From: Gemmatimonadota bacterium
GTDB taxonomy: Bacteria > Gemmatimonadota > Gemmatimonadetes > Gemmatimonadales > GWC2-71-9
Direction: 5' to 3'
DNA: 64,000 nt
Assembly (NCBI GenBank): GCA_003221895.1
Contig: QHUJ01000117.1
Coordinates: 9,379-73,378, forward strand
Shown here: one piece after another, positions 16,886-27,388 of the stretch
Position numbering within the stretch: position 1 is the stretch's first letter
Layout of the letters: each line of letters opens with the position of its first letter
Position numbers and translations under genes: made by a program
Notes under the pieces: generated by a model
Seen by the model: the letters and a program-made list of their open reading frames with translations, nothing else
Database searches by the model: none
Told to the model about the DNA's origin: nothing

Positions 16886-18505
16886 TCAAGCGACAGCGTA
16901 CTGCTCCGTCACATCGCGTCCCGCCGGGCGCGCCATCATCCGGAACTCATCGAGCCGCATCATCGGATCGTCCCGCACCTCGAGCTCGAGCCCCGTCTGC
17001 TTCTCCAGTTGCCGCAGGAAGTTAGGCTCCTGCTCCACGAGGTACAGCGCGACTTCGGGATGCAGGCGAACCGACAACTGCCGTTCCTTGTGATCGGCGC
17101 CTGCCCGCTTGAGCGACCGCTCCATGCGCCGCACCACGACTTCGGGCCGGAACACTCGGCCGGTGCCCGTGCAAGTCGGGCACTCCGTCGTCATCGACTG
17201 CCAGAGCGACGGCCGAACACGCTGCCGCGTCATCTCGATCAGTCCCAGCTCGGACACCGCGAACGCGCGCGTCCGCGCCCGGTCTCGGCCGAGGTGCGTG
17301 CGCAGCTCCTGCAGCACCTTGTCGCGATTCGACTTGGTTTCCATGTCGATGAAGTCGACCACGATGATCCCGCCGATGTCCCGCAGCCGGAGCTGGCGTG
17401 CGACTTCGCGCGCTGCCTCGAGGTTGGTCCGCAGGATCGTGCTCTCCGGGTCGCGCTTGCCAGTGTAGCGTCCGGTGTTCACGTCGATCGAGATCAAGGC
17501 CTCGGTTGGCTGGATGATGAGGTAGCCGCCCGTCGGAAGATCCACTCGCTGCTTGAAGAGATTCCGGATCTCCGCTTCGATGTCGTACGCATCGAACAGC
17601 GGGGTCTCGTCGTGGTGCACCTTCACCTTGGGCAGGAGCTCGGGATCGATCTGCTTCAGATACTGCTCCACGTCGTTGTAGAGCAGCTTTGAGTCGACGA
17701 GCAGCAGATCGACCGTGTCCGACAGCAGATCACGCACGATTCCCCGGGTGAGGCTGGTCTCGCGCTGGACCAGCTGGGGCGCGCGACCCGACGAGGCCTT
17801 GCGCTTGATCTTCTTCCACAGCCCCAGCAGGTGGTCGATCTCCCGCTTGCAGCTGGCCTCGGTCAGGTCGTCGGCGACGGTGCGAATGATCCAGCCGCCC
17901 GAATCGGCGGGGACGAGCTTCGTGACCATGTCACGCAGCTTGGCGCGTTGCTCACGAGCTTCGATCTTGCGGGAGACACCGACCTTGGATGCGAACGGCA
18001 TGTAGACCAGGAAGCGGCCTGCAAGCGAGACCTGCGCGGTGACGCGCGGCCCTTTTGTGCCGATGGCTTCTTTGATGACTTGAACGAGCTTGGTCTGACC
18101 GCGCTTCAGCTCTTCGGCGATGTTGGGGGCCGGACGGCGGCGAGACCGGGGAGGGCCCCCGCCCCGGCGAGTTGCGACGGCCTTCCCGTCTCCTCCTCCA
18201 TTGCCATTCCCGTTCCCGTTTTCCTCGTCGGCGTCGTCAGCCTCACCCACACGCTCTTCGGGGTCTTCGTCTTCGTCCGCCTCGATTAGATCGGAAGCGT
18301 GCAGGAAGGCGCTCTTTTCGGCGCCGATGTCCACGAAGGCGGCCTGGATGCCGGGTAAGACGGCTTCGACTTTGCCGACATAGATGTCGCCAACCGAACG
18401 GTGGGAATCAGGGCGGTCGACCAGGAGCTCAACAAGACGGTCGTCCTCGAGAATGGCCACGCGGGTTTCCCGCTGGCTTCCACTTATCAAAATCTCGCGC
18501 TTCAA
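16886..18505 (-). CDS. rng: Ribonuclease E/G family endoribonuclease
   Basis: S1 domain (GDIYVGKVEAVLPGIQAAFVDIG), DNase-I-like region (IDVNTG, IIVVDFIDM) and Zn-link CPxC (CPTCTGTG). TTG start. Contains a ~50-aa low-complexity insert. Confidence 0.9.
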   Translation of the reverse strand: MKREILISGSQRETRVAILEDDRLVELLVDRPDSHRSVGDIYVGKVEAVLPGIQAAFVDIGAEKSAFLHASDLIEADEDEDPEERVGEADDADEENGNGNGNGGGDGKAVATRRGGGPPRSRRRPAPNIAEELKRGQTKLVQVIKEAIGTKGPRVTAQVSLAGRFLVYMPFASKVGVSRKIEAREQRAKLRDMVTKLVPADSGGWIIRTVADDLTEASCKREIDHLLGLWKKIKRKASSGRAPQLVQRETSLTRGIVRDLLSDTVDLLLVDSKLLYNDVEQYLKQIDPELLPKVKVHHDETPLFDAYDIEAEIRNLFKQRVDLPTGGYLIIQPTEALISIDVNTGRYTGKRDPESTILRTNLEAAREVARQLRLRDIGGIIVVDFIDMETKSNRDKVLQELRTHLGRDRARTRAFAVSELGLIEMTRQRVRPSLWQSMTTECPTCTGTGRVFRPEVVVRRMERSLKRAGADHKERQLSVRLHPEVALYLVEQEPNFLRQLEKQTGLELEVRDDPMMRLDEFRMMARPAGRDVTEQYAVA

Positions 18506-18676
18506 AGCAGTGACCCTCGCGCCCCTCAGGGAAGCACCCGGAGGGAAGCCTGTGGTTGTCCCAGCAATAGTCCAACGAGCCCGGTGGTATGGGCAGGGAA
18601 ATGCGATTGGGTAGGCGGCTGAGTGACGCCAAGAACCAATTCATGACGGTAAAACTAGGATGAGACGAGACTTAGG
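18506..18676 (-). promoter_or_regulatory. Promoter / 5' leader region of the RNase E/G gene
   Basis: At 171 nt this is the longest non-coding gap in the window. It holds a GGGAAGC direct repeat and a CCCTC...GAGGG inverted repeat. RNase E genes are known to be autoregulated through their 5' UTRs. Confidence 0.3.
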
Positions 18677-19903
18677 TCAATCTATCAGACTGCCCAGCAG
18701 CTGCCGGGCGATGACAATCCGCTGAATCTCGCTCGTTCCTTCCCCGATTTCACAGATCTTGGCGTCGCGCATCATGCGCTCGACCGGGTACTCCGTGGTG
18801 TAGCCGTAGCCCCCGTGGAGTTGGACGGCCTTCGTCGTCGCCCGCATACCCAGCTCCGAGGCGTACAGTTTGGCCATCGCCGCTTCCTTTTTGAACGGGT
18901 GGCCATGCTGTTTCAACCAGGCGGCATGATAAACCAGTTGCTTGGCGGCCTCGATCTCCGTCGCCATGTCCGCGAGCGCGAAATGCACGCCCTGGAAGCT
19001 GGCGATCGGCCGGCCGAACTGTTTGCGGGTGGACGTGTAGGTGAGGCACTCCTCCAGAGCGCCTTCCGCCAGGCCGAGCGCGAGCGCCGCGATGCCGATG
19101 CGACCGCCGTCGAGGGTGTGCAGGAACTGACGGAACCCGTTGTTCACGGTCCCCAGAACGTTCTCCTTGGGCACGATCGCGTCCTGCAAGATCAGCTCGC
19201 GCGTGTCGGACGCCCGCCAGCCGAGCTTGTCCTCCTTCTTCCCAGACAGGACGCCCCGGTTCTTGGGCAGCTCGCTCGCCGCGGCATGCCCAGTCCCGAC
19301 GCGCAATGTTTCCTCGAGGTCGCAGGTGTCCTTGGTGACGATGAACGCGGTGATGCCCTGGGTGCGTTTGGCGGATGTGTCGGTCCGGGCGGTAACGCAG
19401 AAGATCTCCCCGACGCCGGCGTGCGTGATGAAGATCTTCGATCCATTCAGGACGTAGTGATCGCCCCGATCGACCGCCGTCGTCCTGGTGCCGCCCGCGT
19501 CGGAGCCGGCGCCGGGCTCGGTGAGCCCGAAGCCGCCAAGCACCTTGCCGGTTGCCAGGAACGGCACGAACCGCCGTTTCTGCTCTTCGGTGCCGAAATC
19601 CATGATCGGCGACGTGGCGAGCGTGGTATGGGCACTGACCGTGATCGCGTGACTGGCGTCGACCTTGGCGAGCTCGTGGATGACCGTGATGTACGACAGG
19701 TAGTCCATTCCGGAGCCCCCCAGCTCCTCCGGCCACGGAATCCCGAACAGCCCCAGCTCGGCCATCTGCTTGACATTGTCCCAGGGGAAGCGGCTGTCGA
19801 GATCGTACTGGCGGGCGGTGGGCTTTACGACGTTCTTGGCGAAATCGCGGACCATCTCGCGGACCTGGAGATGATGGTCGCTGAAGTAGAGCGAATCATG
19901 CAT
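18677..19903 (-). CDS. Acyl-CoA dehydrogenase
   Basis: [10 protein letters not shown], a FAD/substrate region, and the C-terminal catalytic-base region [18 protein letters not shown]. Confidence 0.9.
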   Translation of the reverse strand: MHDSLYFSDHHLQVREMVRDFAKNVVKPTARQYDLDSRFPWDNVKQMAELGLFGIPWPEELGGSGMDYLSYITVIHELAKVDASHAITVSAHTTLATSPIMDFGTEEQKRRFVPFLATGKVLGGFGLTEPGAGSDAGGTRTTAVDRGDHYVLNGSKIFITHAGVGEIFCVTARTDTSAKRTQGITAFIVTKDTCDLEETLRVGTGHAAASELPKNRGVLSGKKEDKLGWRASDTRELILQDAIVPKENVLGTVNNGFRQFLHTLDGGRIGIAALALGLAEGALEECLTYTSTRKQFGRPIASFQGVHFALADMATEIEAAKQLVYHAAWLKQHGHPFKKEAAMAKLYASELGMRATTKAVQLHGGYGYTTEYPVERMMRDAKICEIGEGTSEIQRIVIARQLLGSLID

Positions 19904-19916
19904 GACTGAAATATGA

Positions 19917-21050
19917 TCAGGGCTCGCCGAAGTACTCCAGTATCAATTGGCGATGATTTGTCCGAGACTCGACATAGTCTTTCATCACGGGATCGATGTT
20001 CCCCCATGCAAAGTCCTGGGGCCGCCAGAGAATGAGGCAGTCAGCTAGGTCGCCGTCCCTGCCGGCCCTGCCCGCCTCTTGATAGTAGGCCTCGAGGGTC
20101 GGCGGCGGACCCCAGTGAAGCACCTGACGCACATCCGGCTTGTCGATCCCCATGCCGAATGCACTCGTGGCCACGATGACATGGATGCGATCAGCCAGAA
20201 AGGCGCGCAGCACTCCCCGCCGGACCCCCGCGCTCAGACCCGCGTGGTACGGGGCGGCCCGAATGCTCGTCCGGAGCAGTGCACGCGTCACGAGCTCGGT
20301 GAGCCGGCGTGTGGGCGTGTAGATGAGTGAGGCGCCGGATCCGTCTTTCACCCGCTGTCGGATCACGGCGAACCGCTCGCGATCATCGCGGATGGGGCGC
20401 GTCGCAAACGCCAGGTTCGGCCGGTCGAACGATGTGACGATGACTGCCGCGTCCGGCATCCGCAGCACGCGTAAGATGTCGGCACGGGTGGCTGGTGTTG
20501 CGCTCCCCGTCAGCGCGATCGTCGTCGGATGCCCGAGGCGCGCGCGATAGACGCCGATGCGGCGATAGAGAGGACGAAACTCGCTGCCCCACTCCGTGAT
20601 GCAGTGCGCTTCATCGATCGCAAGGAGGGCCAGTCTGGTCTGCGCGGCGCACAACCTGCCCGTCAGCGACGGCAGCCGCTCGGGCGCGCAATACAGCAGC
20701 GACACCTGACCGCTGGTGGCGGCGTCCAACACCGCGCGGCGCCGGGAGGGGTCGAGCTGGCTGTTCACATACGCCGCCGCGATGCCGCGGCGCCGCAGCC
20801 CGCCCACCTGATCCTGCATCAATGAGATGAGCGGCGAGACGACGACCGTGAGGCCTGCACCCATCAGCGCGGGGACTTGATAGCACAGCGACTTCCCCGC
20901 CCCCGTGGGCAGCACGGCCAGGACGTTGCGGCCGCCGAGCAGCGGGCCGAGTACTTTGAGCTGATGCACGCGGAAACGCGGGTGACCGAACCGCTCGCGT
21001 AAGACTCTGCGCGCAGCGTCGAGACTCCCCCCCCCCGTAAACGTCGGCAC
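19917..21050 (-). CDS. Short RecQ-family DEAH-box helicase (helicase core only)
   Basis: Motif [13 protein letters not shown], motif [14 protein letters not shown], motif [14 protein letters not shown]. It ends at ...LILEYFGEP, just where RecQ Zn-binding cysteines normally begin. GTG start. Confidence 0.8.
   Translation of the reverse strand: MPTFTGGGSLDAARRVLRERFGHPRFRVHQLKVLGPLLGGRNVLAVLPTGAGKSLCYQVPALMGAGLTVVVSPLISLMQDQVGGLRRRGIAAAYVNSQLDPSRRRAVLDAATSGQVSLLYCAPERLPSLTGRLCAAQTRLALLAIDEAHCITEWGSEFRPLYRRIGVYRARLGHPTTIALTGSATPATRADILRVLRMPDAAVIVTSFDRPNLAFATRPIRDDRERFAVIRQRVKDGSGASLIYTPTRRLTELVTRALLRTSIRAAPYHAGLSAGVRRGVLRAFLADRIHVIVATSAFGMGIDKPDVRQVLHWGPPPTLEAYYQEAGRAGRDGDLADCLILWRPQDFAWGNIDPVMKDYVESRTNHRQLILEYFGEP
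21027..21036 (-). repeat. G10 homopolymer within codons 5-8 of the RecQ-like CDS
   Basis: Ten consecutive C on the plus strand encode ..T GGG S.. on the minus strand. Confidence 0.9.
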
Positions 21051-21122
21051 GTCGCATGAGATACCATCCTCGACGCGTGCCCCCCTACCCCAAAAGCGCG
21101 AGGACGGTCACGTTTACGCCTC

Positions 21123-23291
<2,169 letters not shown>

Positions 23292-23303
23292 GAGGCGACG
23301 GAT

Positions 23304-23621
23304 CTAGCTCGAATCTTTCCAGTCGATGGGAAAGGCGCGGCCACACTCGTTGCATTTCGCGTCCTTCATGCCTTCCGGGACGACCGCGCGGGCGGCGCAG
23401 CCCGGACACACGAGGTGCGGTTGCCGTACCACACTCCACGCCTTGGGCCGCTCGCCGCGGATGTCGAGGTCCTTCTTCTCGACGCGAATCTCGACGTGGT
23501 GCACGTCCACCACGACGTAGTCTTTCGCGGTGTCTTCGACGACGCGGTACCACGCGCCGCGACGCAGGCCCTGCCCTTCCGCTCGATCACCGCGACTGCG
23601 TGCCCACCCGATGTCAGCCAT
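23304..23621 (-). CDS. Hypothetical small protein with C-terminal CxxC...CxxC zinc-ribbon
   Basis: VCPGCAARAVVPEGMKDAKCNECG. Overlaps the upstream GroES-like gene by 8 nt. Coding assignment rests on codon bias and this coupling only. Confidence 0.5.
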   Translation of the reverse strand: MADIGWARSRGDRAEGQGLRRGAWYRVVEDTAKDYVVVDVHHVEIRVEKKDLDIRGERPKAWSVVRQPHLVCPGCAARAVVPEGMKDAKCNECGRAFPIDWKDSS

Positions 23622-23979
23622 GCTTCCCCCGTACGAGGACGAGAATCGCAGCCTGCGGCACGACGAGGTACGTCTTTCCCTCGAACGTGATTTCGACGGC
23701 AGCTTTGCGAAAGAACAACGCGTAATCGCCCATCTCGGCCTGCATCGGCAGGTACTTCACGTCTGGTCCGTGAATCTTCCACGGCTCCTCATCCATGCTC
23801 GCGGGCTCGGCCATCGGCGTGCCGGGGCCGGTTGCAATGATGCGACCGCCCTGCACCTGCCGGCCTTCGATCGCGGAGGGTGGCAAGAAGAGTCCCACGT
23901 TGGTACGCTCTTCCCCCTCTTCGGGGGCGATGAGCACACGATCGCCGACGACGATCAAACGTTTCTGGTCATCCGACAC
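23614..23979 (-). CDS. GroES/Cpn10-like protein (orphan, with insertion)
   Basis: VGDRVLIAPEEGEERTNVGLFLPPSAIEGRQVQGGRIIATGPG matches the GroES pattern (DRVlV...E.EekT.gGi.lP.sa.....G.vvAvGpG). It is 121 aa with an extra ~25-aa segment, and no groEL is nearby. Confidence 0.55.
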   Translation of the reverse strand: MSDDQKRLIVVGDRVLIAPEEGEERTNVGLFLPPSAIEGRQVQGGRIIATGPGTPMAEPASMDEEPWKIHGPDVKYLPMQAEMGDYALFFRKAAVEITFEGKTYLVVPQAAILVLVRGKHG

Positions 23980-24055
23980 ACCGAGATGAGTAGCGCCGTT
24001 TGGGCGTTTTGCGCAAGTCGCAGCGTGCCAGTGACCTCCATCACGCTCCCTTTTC

Positions 24056-24082
24056 TTGACTTGTCCGAGCAGGTTTTATAAC
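24056..24082 (+). promoter_or_regulatory. Candidate sigma70-type promoter for the 24118 operon
   Basis: TTGACT (24056-61), a 15-nt spacer, then TATAAC (24077-82). GGAG Shine-Dalgarno 6 nt before ATG 24118. The spacer is short, so confidence is low. Confidence 0.35.
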
Positions 24083-24117
24083 AATGTGCCCGCCGACCAC
24101 CCCTCTCCGGAGCGCCT

Positions 24118-25335
24118 ATGCAAGACGTCGCCGCACAAAGCCAACAGTGGAGTTTCGTGCTCCAACAGCTCGTACAATGGGTGGTGTCTGGAGTGGCGTG
24201 GATCGTTCCGTTCCAGAGCAACGTGTTCGCGAACGTGCTCCGGGGCCAGACGTTCTGGGAGCTCGCCGGTAGCTCGGTGCTGCTGATGCTGCCCGCGGCC
24301 GTGTTCGTCGCGGGGATCTGGGGCACGATGGTGTCGCTGTACACGATCCCCTTCCGCCTGGGACGCTCGGTCACCCTGCTGCAATCCGTCGCGCTGGCGT
24401 GGTGGGACGCGCTCCGCATGGTCTGGTTCTACTGGGCGGGTCTGGTGCGCTTCCTGATCGTACTCGTCGGCTGGGTCTGGGGCCTGATCAAGTTGACCGG
24501 GAGGGTCATCGTCGGCACGCTGAAAGGTGCGATCACGTCACCGCTCGCCATGCTCGACGCGACGTCGCGCCGTCCGGGCGTTCCGTGGCCCGCGTTCTTC
24601 ATGCTGGTGTTCTGGTCGATGATCGAGGCCACAATATTCACCTTCACGCTGAAGCCTACGGCGAGCGAGTTGCTCGGCGAGCTCACCGGCTACGAGGTCA
24701 ACGGGTTTGCGTTCATCATGTTGCTTTGGCTGTTCCTGTGGGTTCTGGTCGCGGGCAGCTTCGCCTGCATTCAGGTTTTGAACGAAGCCATCAAGAGCAA
24801 AAAGTACGGGCAGATTATCTCGATGGTGGCCATCGAAATCGCCGTGGCGATGTTCGAGGTGCTGTTCCTGTATCGCGAGCTGGTCGACGCCATGACGCCG
24901 TGGCTCGCGCAGCAGGGCGTTCAGCTCACAGCCCTTGAGACGATCGGACTCGCGTTCTTCGCCTGGGTGGGCGTGCGCGGCATGACGTGGTTCCTGTTCG
25001 GCCGGTTCGGTGCGCCTGCGATGATCGCCTTGCTCGGCCGCCAGGCGTTTGCAGTCCAGGGTGGAGCCGGCCAGGGCCCCGCCCCGCAGATGGCCGACTA
25101 CTGGAAGGGGCCGATTGCCGCCCTCAAGGCCGAACGCGAATGGTTCCGCAAGGAGGCGCGGGACGTGTTCGAGCTGGCGTCGCTCCCGGTCCTGCAGGTG
25201 GTTGCGGCCGGGCTGAACTTCCTCTTCGTGGTCTTCACGGGCCGCGGGCATTTCACGCTGCCGTTCAAGTCGATCGACGAGGTCATGGCGGCGACGCATT
25301 TCCCCGCCCGGGTGAGCGGCGAGGTGGCCCCATGA
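24118..25335 (+). CDS. Polytopic inner-membrane protein of unknown function
   Basis: About 8-9 hydrophobic helices (e.g. VLLMLPAAVFVAGIWGTMV, FIMLLWLFLWVLVAGSFACI, IGLAFFAWVGVRGMTWFLF). I recognise no family. Confidence 0.6.
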   Translation: MQDVAAQSQQWSFVLQQLVQWVVSGVAWIVPFQSNVFANVLRGQTFWELAGSSVLLMLPAAVFVAGIWGTMVSLYTIPFRLGRSVTLLQSVALAWWDALRMVWFYWAGLVRFLIVLVGWVWGLIKLTGRVIVGTLKGAITSPLAMLDATSRRPGVPWPAFFMLVFWSMIEATIFTFTLKPTASELLGELTGYEVNGFAFIMLLWLFLWVLVAGSFACIQVLNEAIKSKKYGQIISMVAIEIAVAMFEVLFLYRELVDAMTPWLAQQGVQLTALETIGLAFFAWVGVRGMTWFLFGRFGAPAMIALLGRQAFAVQGGAGQGPAPQMADYWKGPIAALKAEREWFRKEARDVFELASLPVLQVVAAGLNFLFVVFTGRGHFTLPFKSIDEVMAATHFPARVSGEVAP

Positions 25336-26084
25336 AACGCGCCGTGCTGCTGACCCTCGGCCTGCTGGCCGCGGGGTGTGCGCCGAAGCCGGGTGCACCG
25401 CCACCGCGCTCGACGCTCGTCGTCGGGCTCGATATTTCCGGCTCGTTCCGCAAAAGCGGCCAGTTCGACGACGCGATGCACTACGCCGCGCTCTACATCT
25501 ACGGCCACATCAACGCCCTCGGCGGCCTCAAGGCGACGACCGACGTCTTCGTCGGTTCGCTGGGCGGTGAACACGTCGGCCAGCCCAAGACGTTCCACCC
25601 GATTCAGGACCTCAGCAGCAAGACGCCCGACCAGATCGAGGCGGACTTGCATCGGTGGTTCCCCGAGGACGACCCGATCACGGATTTCAACGCCTTCTTC
25701 CAGCGCACTGCGGTGCACATCAAGCGGCAGAACCTGGTGCTCGCGCCGCTCAACATCGTCCTCTTCTCGGACGGCGTTCCCGACTTCCCGGGCGCCGGGC
25801 GCATGAGTGCCTCGCAACTGTATGCGAAAATCGACGTGAGTCCGATCGAGTACCTCTCGCGGAACGTCACCATCCGGCTGTTGTATGCGCAGCCGCAGGT
25901 GGCGCAGAACTGGGAGAAGCTCGTCCCGCGCAACCGGGTGAAGATCTGGACGCAGGATGAGCAGGTGATGGCCGGCTGGCATCGCCGTGAAATGCAGGGC
26001 GTCGCGATGGAACGCCAGGACTCGCTGTGGGCCTGGACAGAGGCGATCGTCGATTTCCGCGTGCGTCGCGGGAAGATCCTCTAA
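25332..26084 (+). CDS. Lipoprotein with vWA-like (MIDAS) domain
   Basis: MKRAVLLTLGLLAAGC lipobox. VVGLDISGSF (DxSxS), a later TDFNAF (Thr) and LFSDGVPD (Asp). ATGA overlap with the membrane protein gene. The track's ORF start at 24987 is rejected. Confidence 0.6.
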   Translation: MKRAVLLTLGLLAAGCAPKPGAPPPRSTLVVGLDISGSFRKSGQFDDAMHYAALYIYGHINALGGLKATTDVFVGSLGGEHVGQPKTFHPIQDLSSKTPDQIEADLHRWFPEDDPITDFNAFFQRTAVHIKRQNLVLAPLNIVLFSDGVPDFPGAGRMSASQLYAKIDVSPIEYLSRNVTIRLLYAQPQVAQNWEKLVPRNRVKIWTQDEQVMAGWHRREMQGVAMERQDSLWAWTEAIVDFRVRRGKIL

Positions 26085-26094
26085 CAAAAACGTA

Positions 26095-26139
26095 CGTAGT
26101 GCGTGGTACGTGGGGCGATTCCCCACGCCACGCGCTACG
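26095..26139. terminator. Long stem-loop between convergent genes (bidirectional terminator candidate)
   Basis: CGTGGGG-cgatt-CCCCACG core, extended by 12 further pairs (26095-26106 with 26128-26139, 2-nt bulge). CAAAAA lies on one side and ATTTG on the other. Overlaps the last codons of the methyltransferase gene. Confidence 0.5.
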
Positions 26140-26950
26140 CACCACGTACCATTTGCAACCACTCGTCCGGTTTCACCGCATCGTGAGGGACGAGTCCCCT
26201 CCAGAATTTGTACCGCAACTTGGCGAGTCCCGTCGGCTGTCGTCCATCGCGTACAAACGGAATCAGTCGCGTGGCCTTGCGCGCGAGCGCTCGCCGCTGA
26301 GCCCGCCACTGCCCGCCGTCGACGGGGCGATACTGCGCCCATCCGATTGATCCGCACACCCCCGCCGGCCCGAATTGATCGGACTCGAGCAGCTCGTCCA
26401 CGAAGACGCGAATGGGGCCTTCGAACGCATGCAGCACGTCGTGGAGCGCTACGATCGCATGCGGCACGAGATGTCGCCGGAAGAGCTCGAGGTCCTGTTT
26501 CGCGCCGCGATAGGTGTGATCGCCGTCGATCCACAAGAACCGGATCGGTCGATCCCAACCTTTCGCCAGATCCCGTGAGTAGGCGCGATGCACCTCGACG
26601 CTGCCTTCGACTCCGGCGGCGCGCAATGACGCGCGAAAGTCATCCCACGAGGATTGCTGTGAGCCGTGCCCGAAATCGGTGACCGCCGGGGCGGAGTGCG
26701 GATCGACGGCGACGACCGGCCCCGAGCCGTAGCGCTGGACGATCGAGGCCAATCCGACGGTCGATTTTCCTTTGTAGCTACCGATTTCCAGAATCGTCCC
26801 CTGCCCCGGCACGCACGCGGCGACGAGGGCGAGGAACCGGGCTTCGCGCTCGGTGAGGAACCCAGGGGCAGCCAGGACGCGAGCCCACGCCTCATCGATC
26901 GCGGCGCCAAGATCGGCAGGAACGGACGGCGGATGGCCGATGGCTGTCAG
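26135..26950 (-). CDS. Class I SAM-dependent methyltransferase; start uncertain
   Basis: Motif I TILEIGSYKGKST, and WIDGDHTYRGAK typical of the Methyltransf_24/O-MT-3-like group. The track's upstream extension to 27223 is off-frame Arg-rich sequence overlapping the bacilliredoxin gene. No ATG/GTG/TTG occurs between 26947 and GTG 26812. CTG 26950 overlaps the brx stop as CTGA. Confidence 0.7.
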   Translation of the reverse strand: MTAIGHPPSVPADLGAAIDEAWARVLAAPGFLTEREARFLALVAACVPGQGTILEIGSYKGKSTVGLASIVQRYGSGPVVAVDPHSAPAVTDFGHGSQQSSWDDFRASLRAAGVEGSVEVHRAYSRDLAKGWDRPIRFLWIDGDHTYRGAKQDLELFRRHLVPHAIVALHDVLHAFEGPIRVFVDELLESDQFGPAGVCGSIGWAQYRPVDGGQWRAQRRALARKATRLIPFVRDGRQPTGLAKLRYKFWRGLVPHDAVKPDEWLQMVRGA

Positions 26951-27381
26951 CAGAACTTGTCGAACGCGGCCGTGAGGTCGGCGGCGATGTCGCGCGCGTT
27001 CCGGCCCTCGATGTTGCGCCGTTCCAGCATGAACACGAGCCGGCCGTCCTTGAACAAGGCGATCTGCGGCGACGACGGCTGGTAGCCGGTGAAATAGCTG
27101 CGCGCGCGAGCGGTGGCGTCCGCATCCTGCCCGGCAAACACGGTGACGAGCCGGCCTGGCCGCCGGTCGTGCTGAACGGCGAGAGCGGCCGCGGGCCGGG
27201 CGTTGCGCGCCGCGCAGCCGCACACCGAGTTCACCACGACGAGGGTGGGGGCGCGCTCGGTCGTGAGAACGGCATCCACTGCAGCGGGAGTGCGCAGCTC
27301 TTCAAAGCCCAGCTGGGTGAGCTCCTCACGCATCGGGCGAACCAGTTCGGGATCGTACATAGGCACGTTCAGATTTCTCAT
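26947..27381 (-). CDS. Bacilliredoxin (BrxA/BrxB, DUF1094/YphP family)
   Basis: LVVVNSVCGCAA redox motif, VTVFAGQD, YFTGYQPSSPQIALFKDG and the C-terminal LTAAFDKFC. This closely parallels B. subtilis YphP/YqiW as I remember them. Confidence 0.85.
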   Translation of the reverse strand: MRNLNVPMYDPELVRPMREELTQLGFEELRTPAAVDAVLTTERAPTLVVVNSVCGCAARNARPAAALAVQHDRRPGRLVTVFAGQDADATARARSYFTGYQPSSPQIALFKDGRLVFMLERRNIEGRNARDIAADLTAAFDKFC

Positions 27382-27388
27382 GTTCTCC

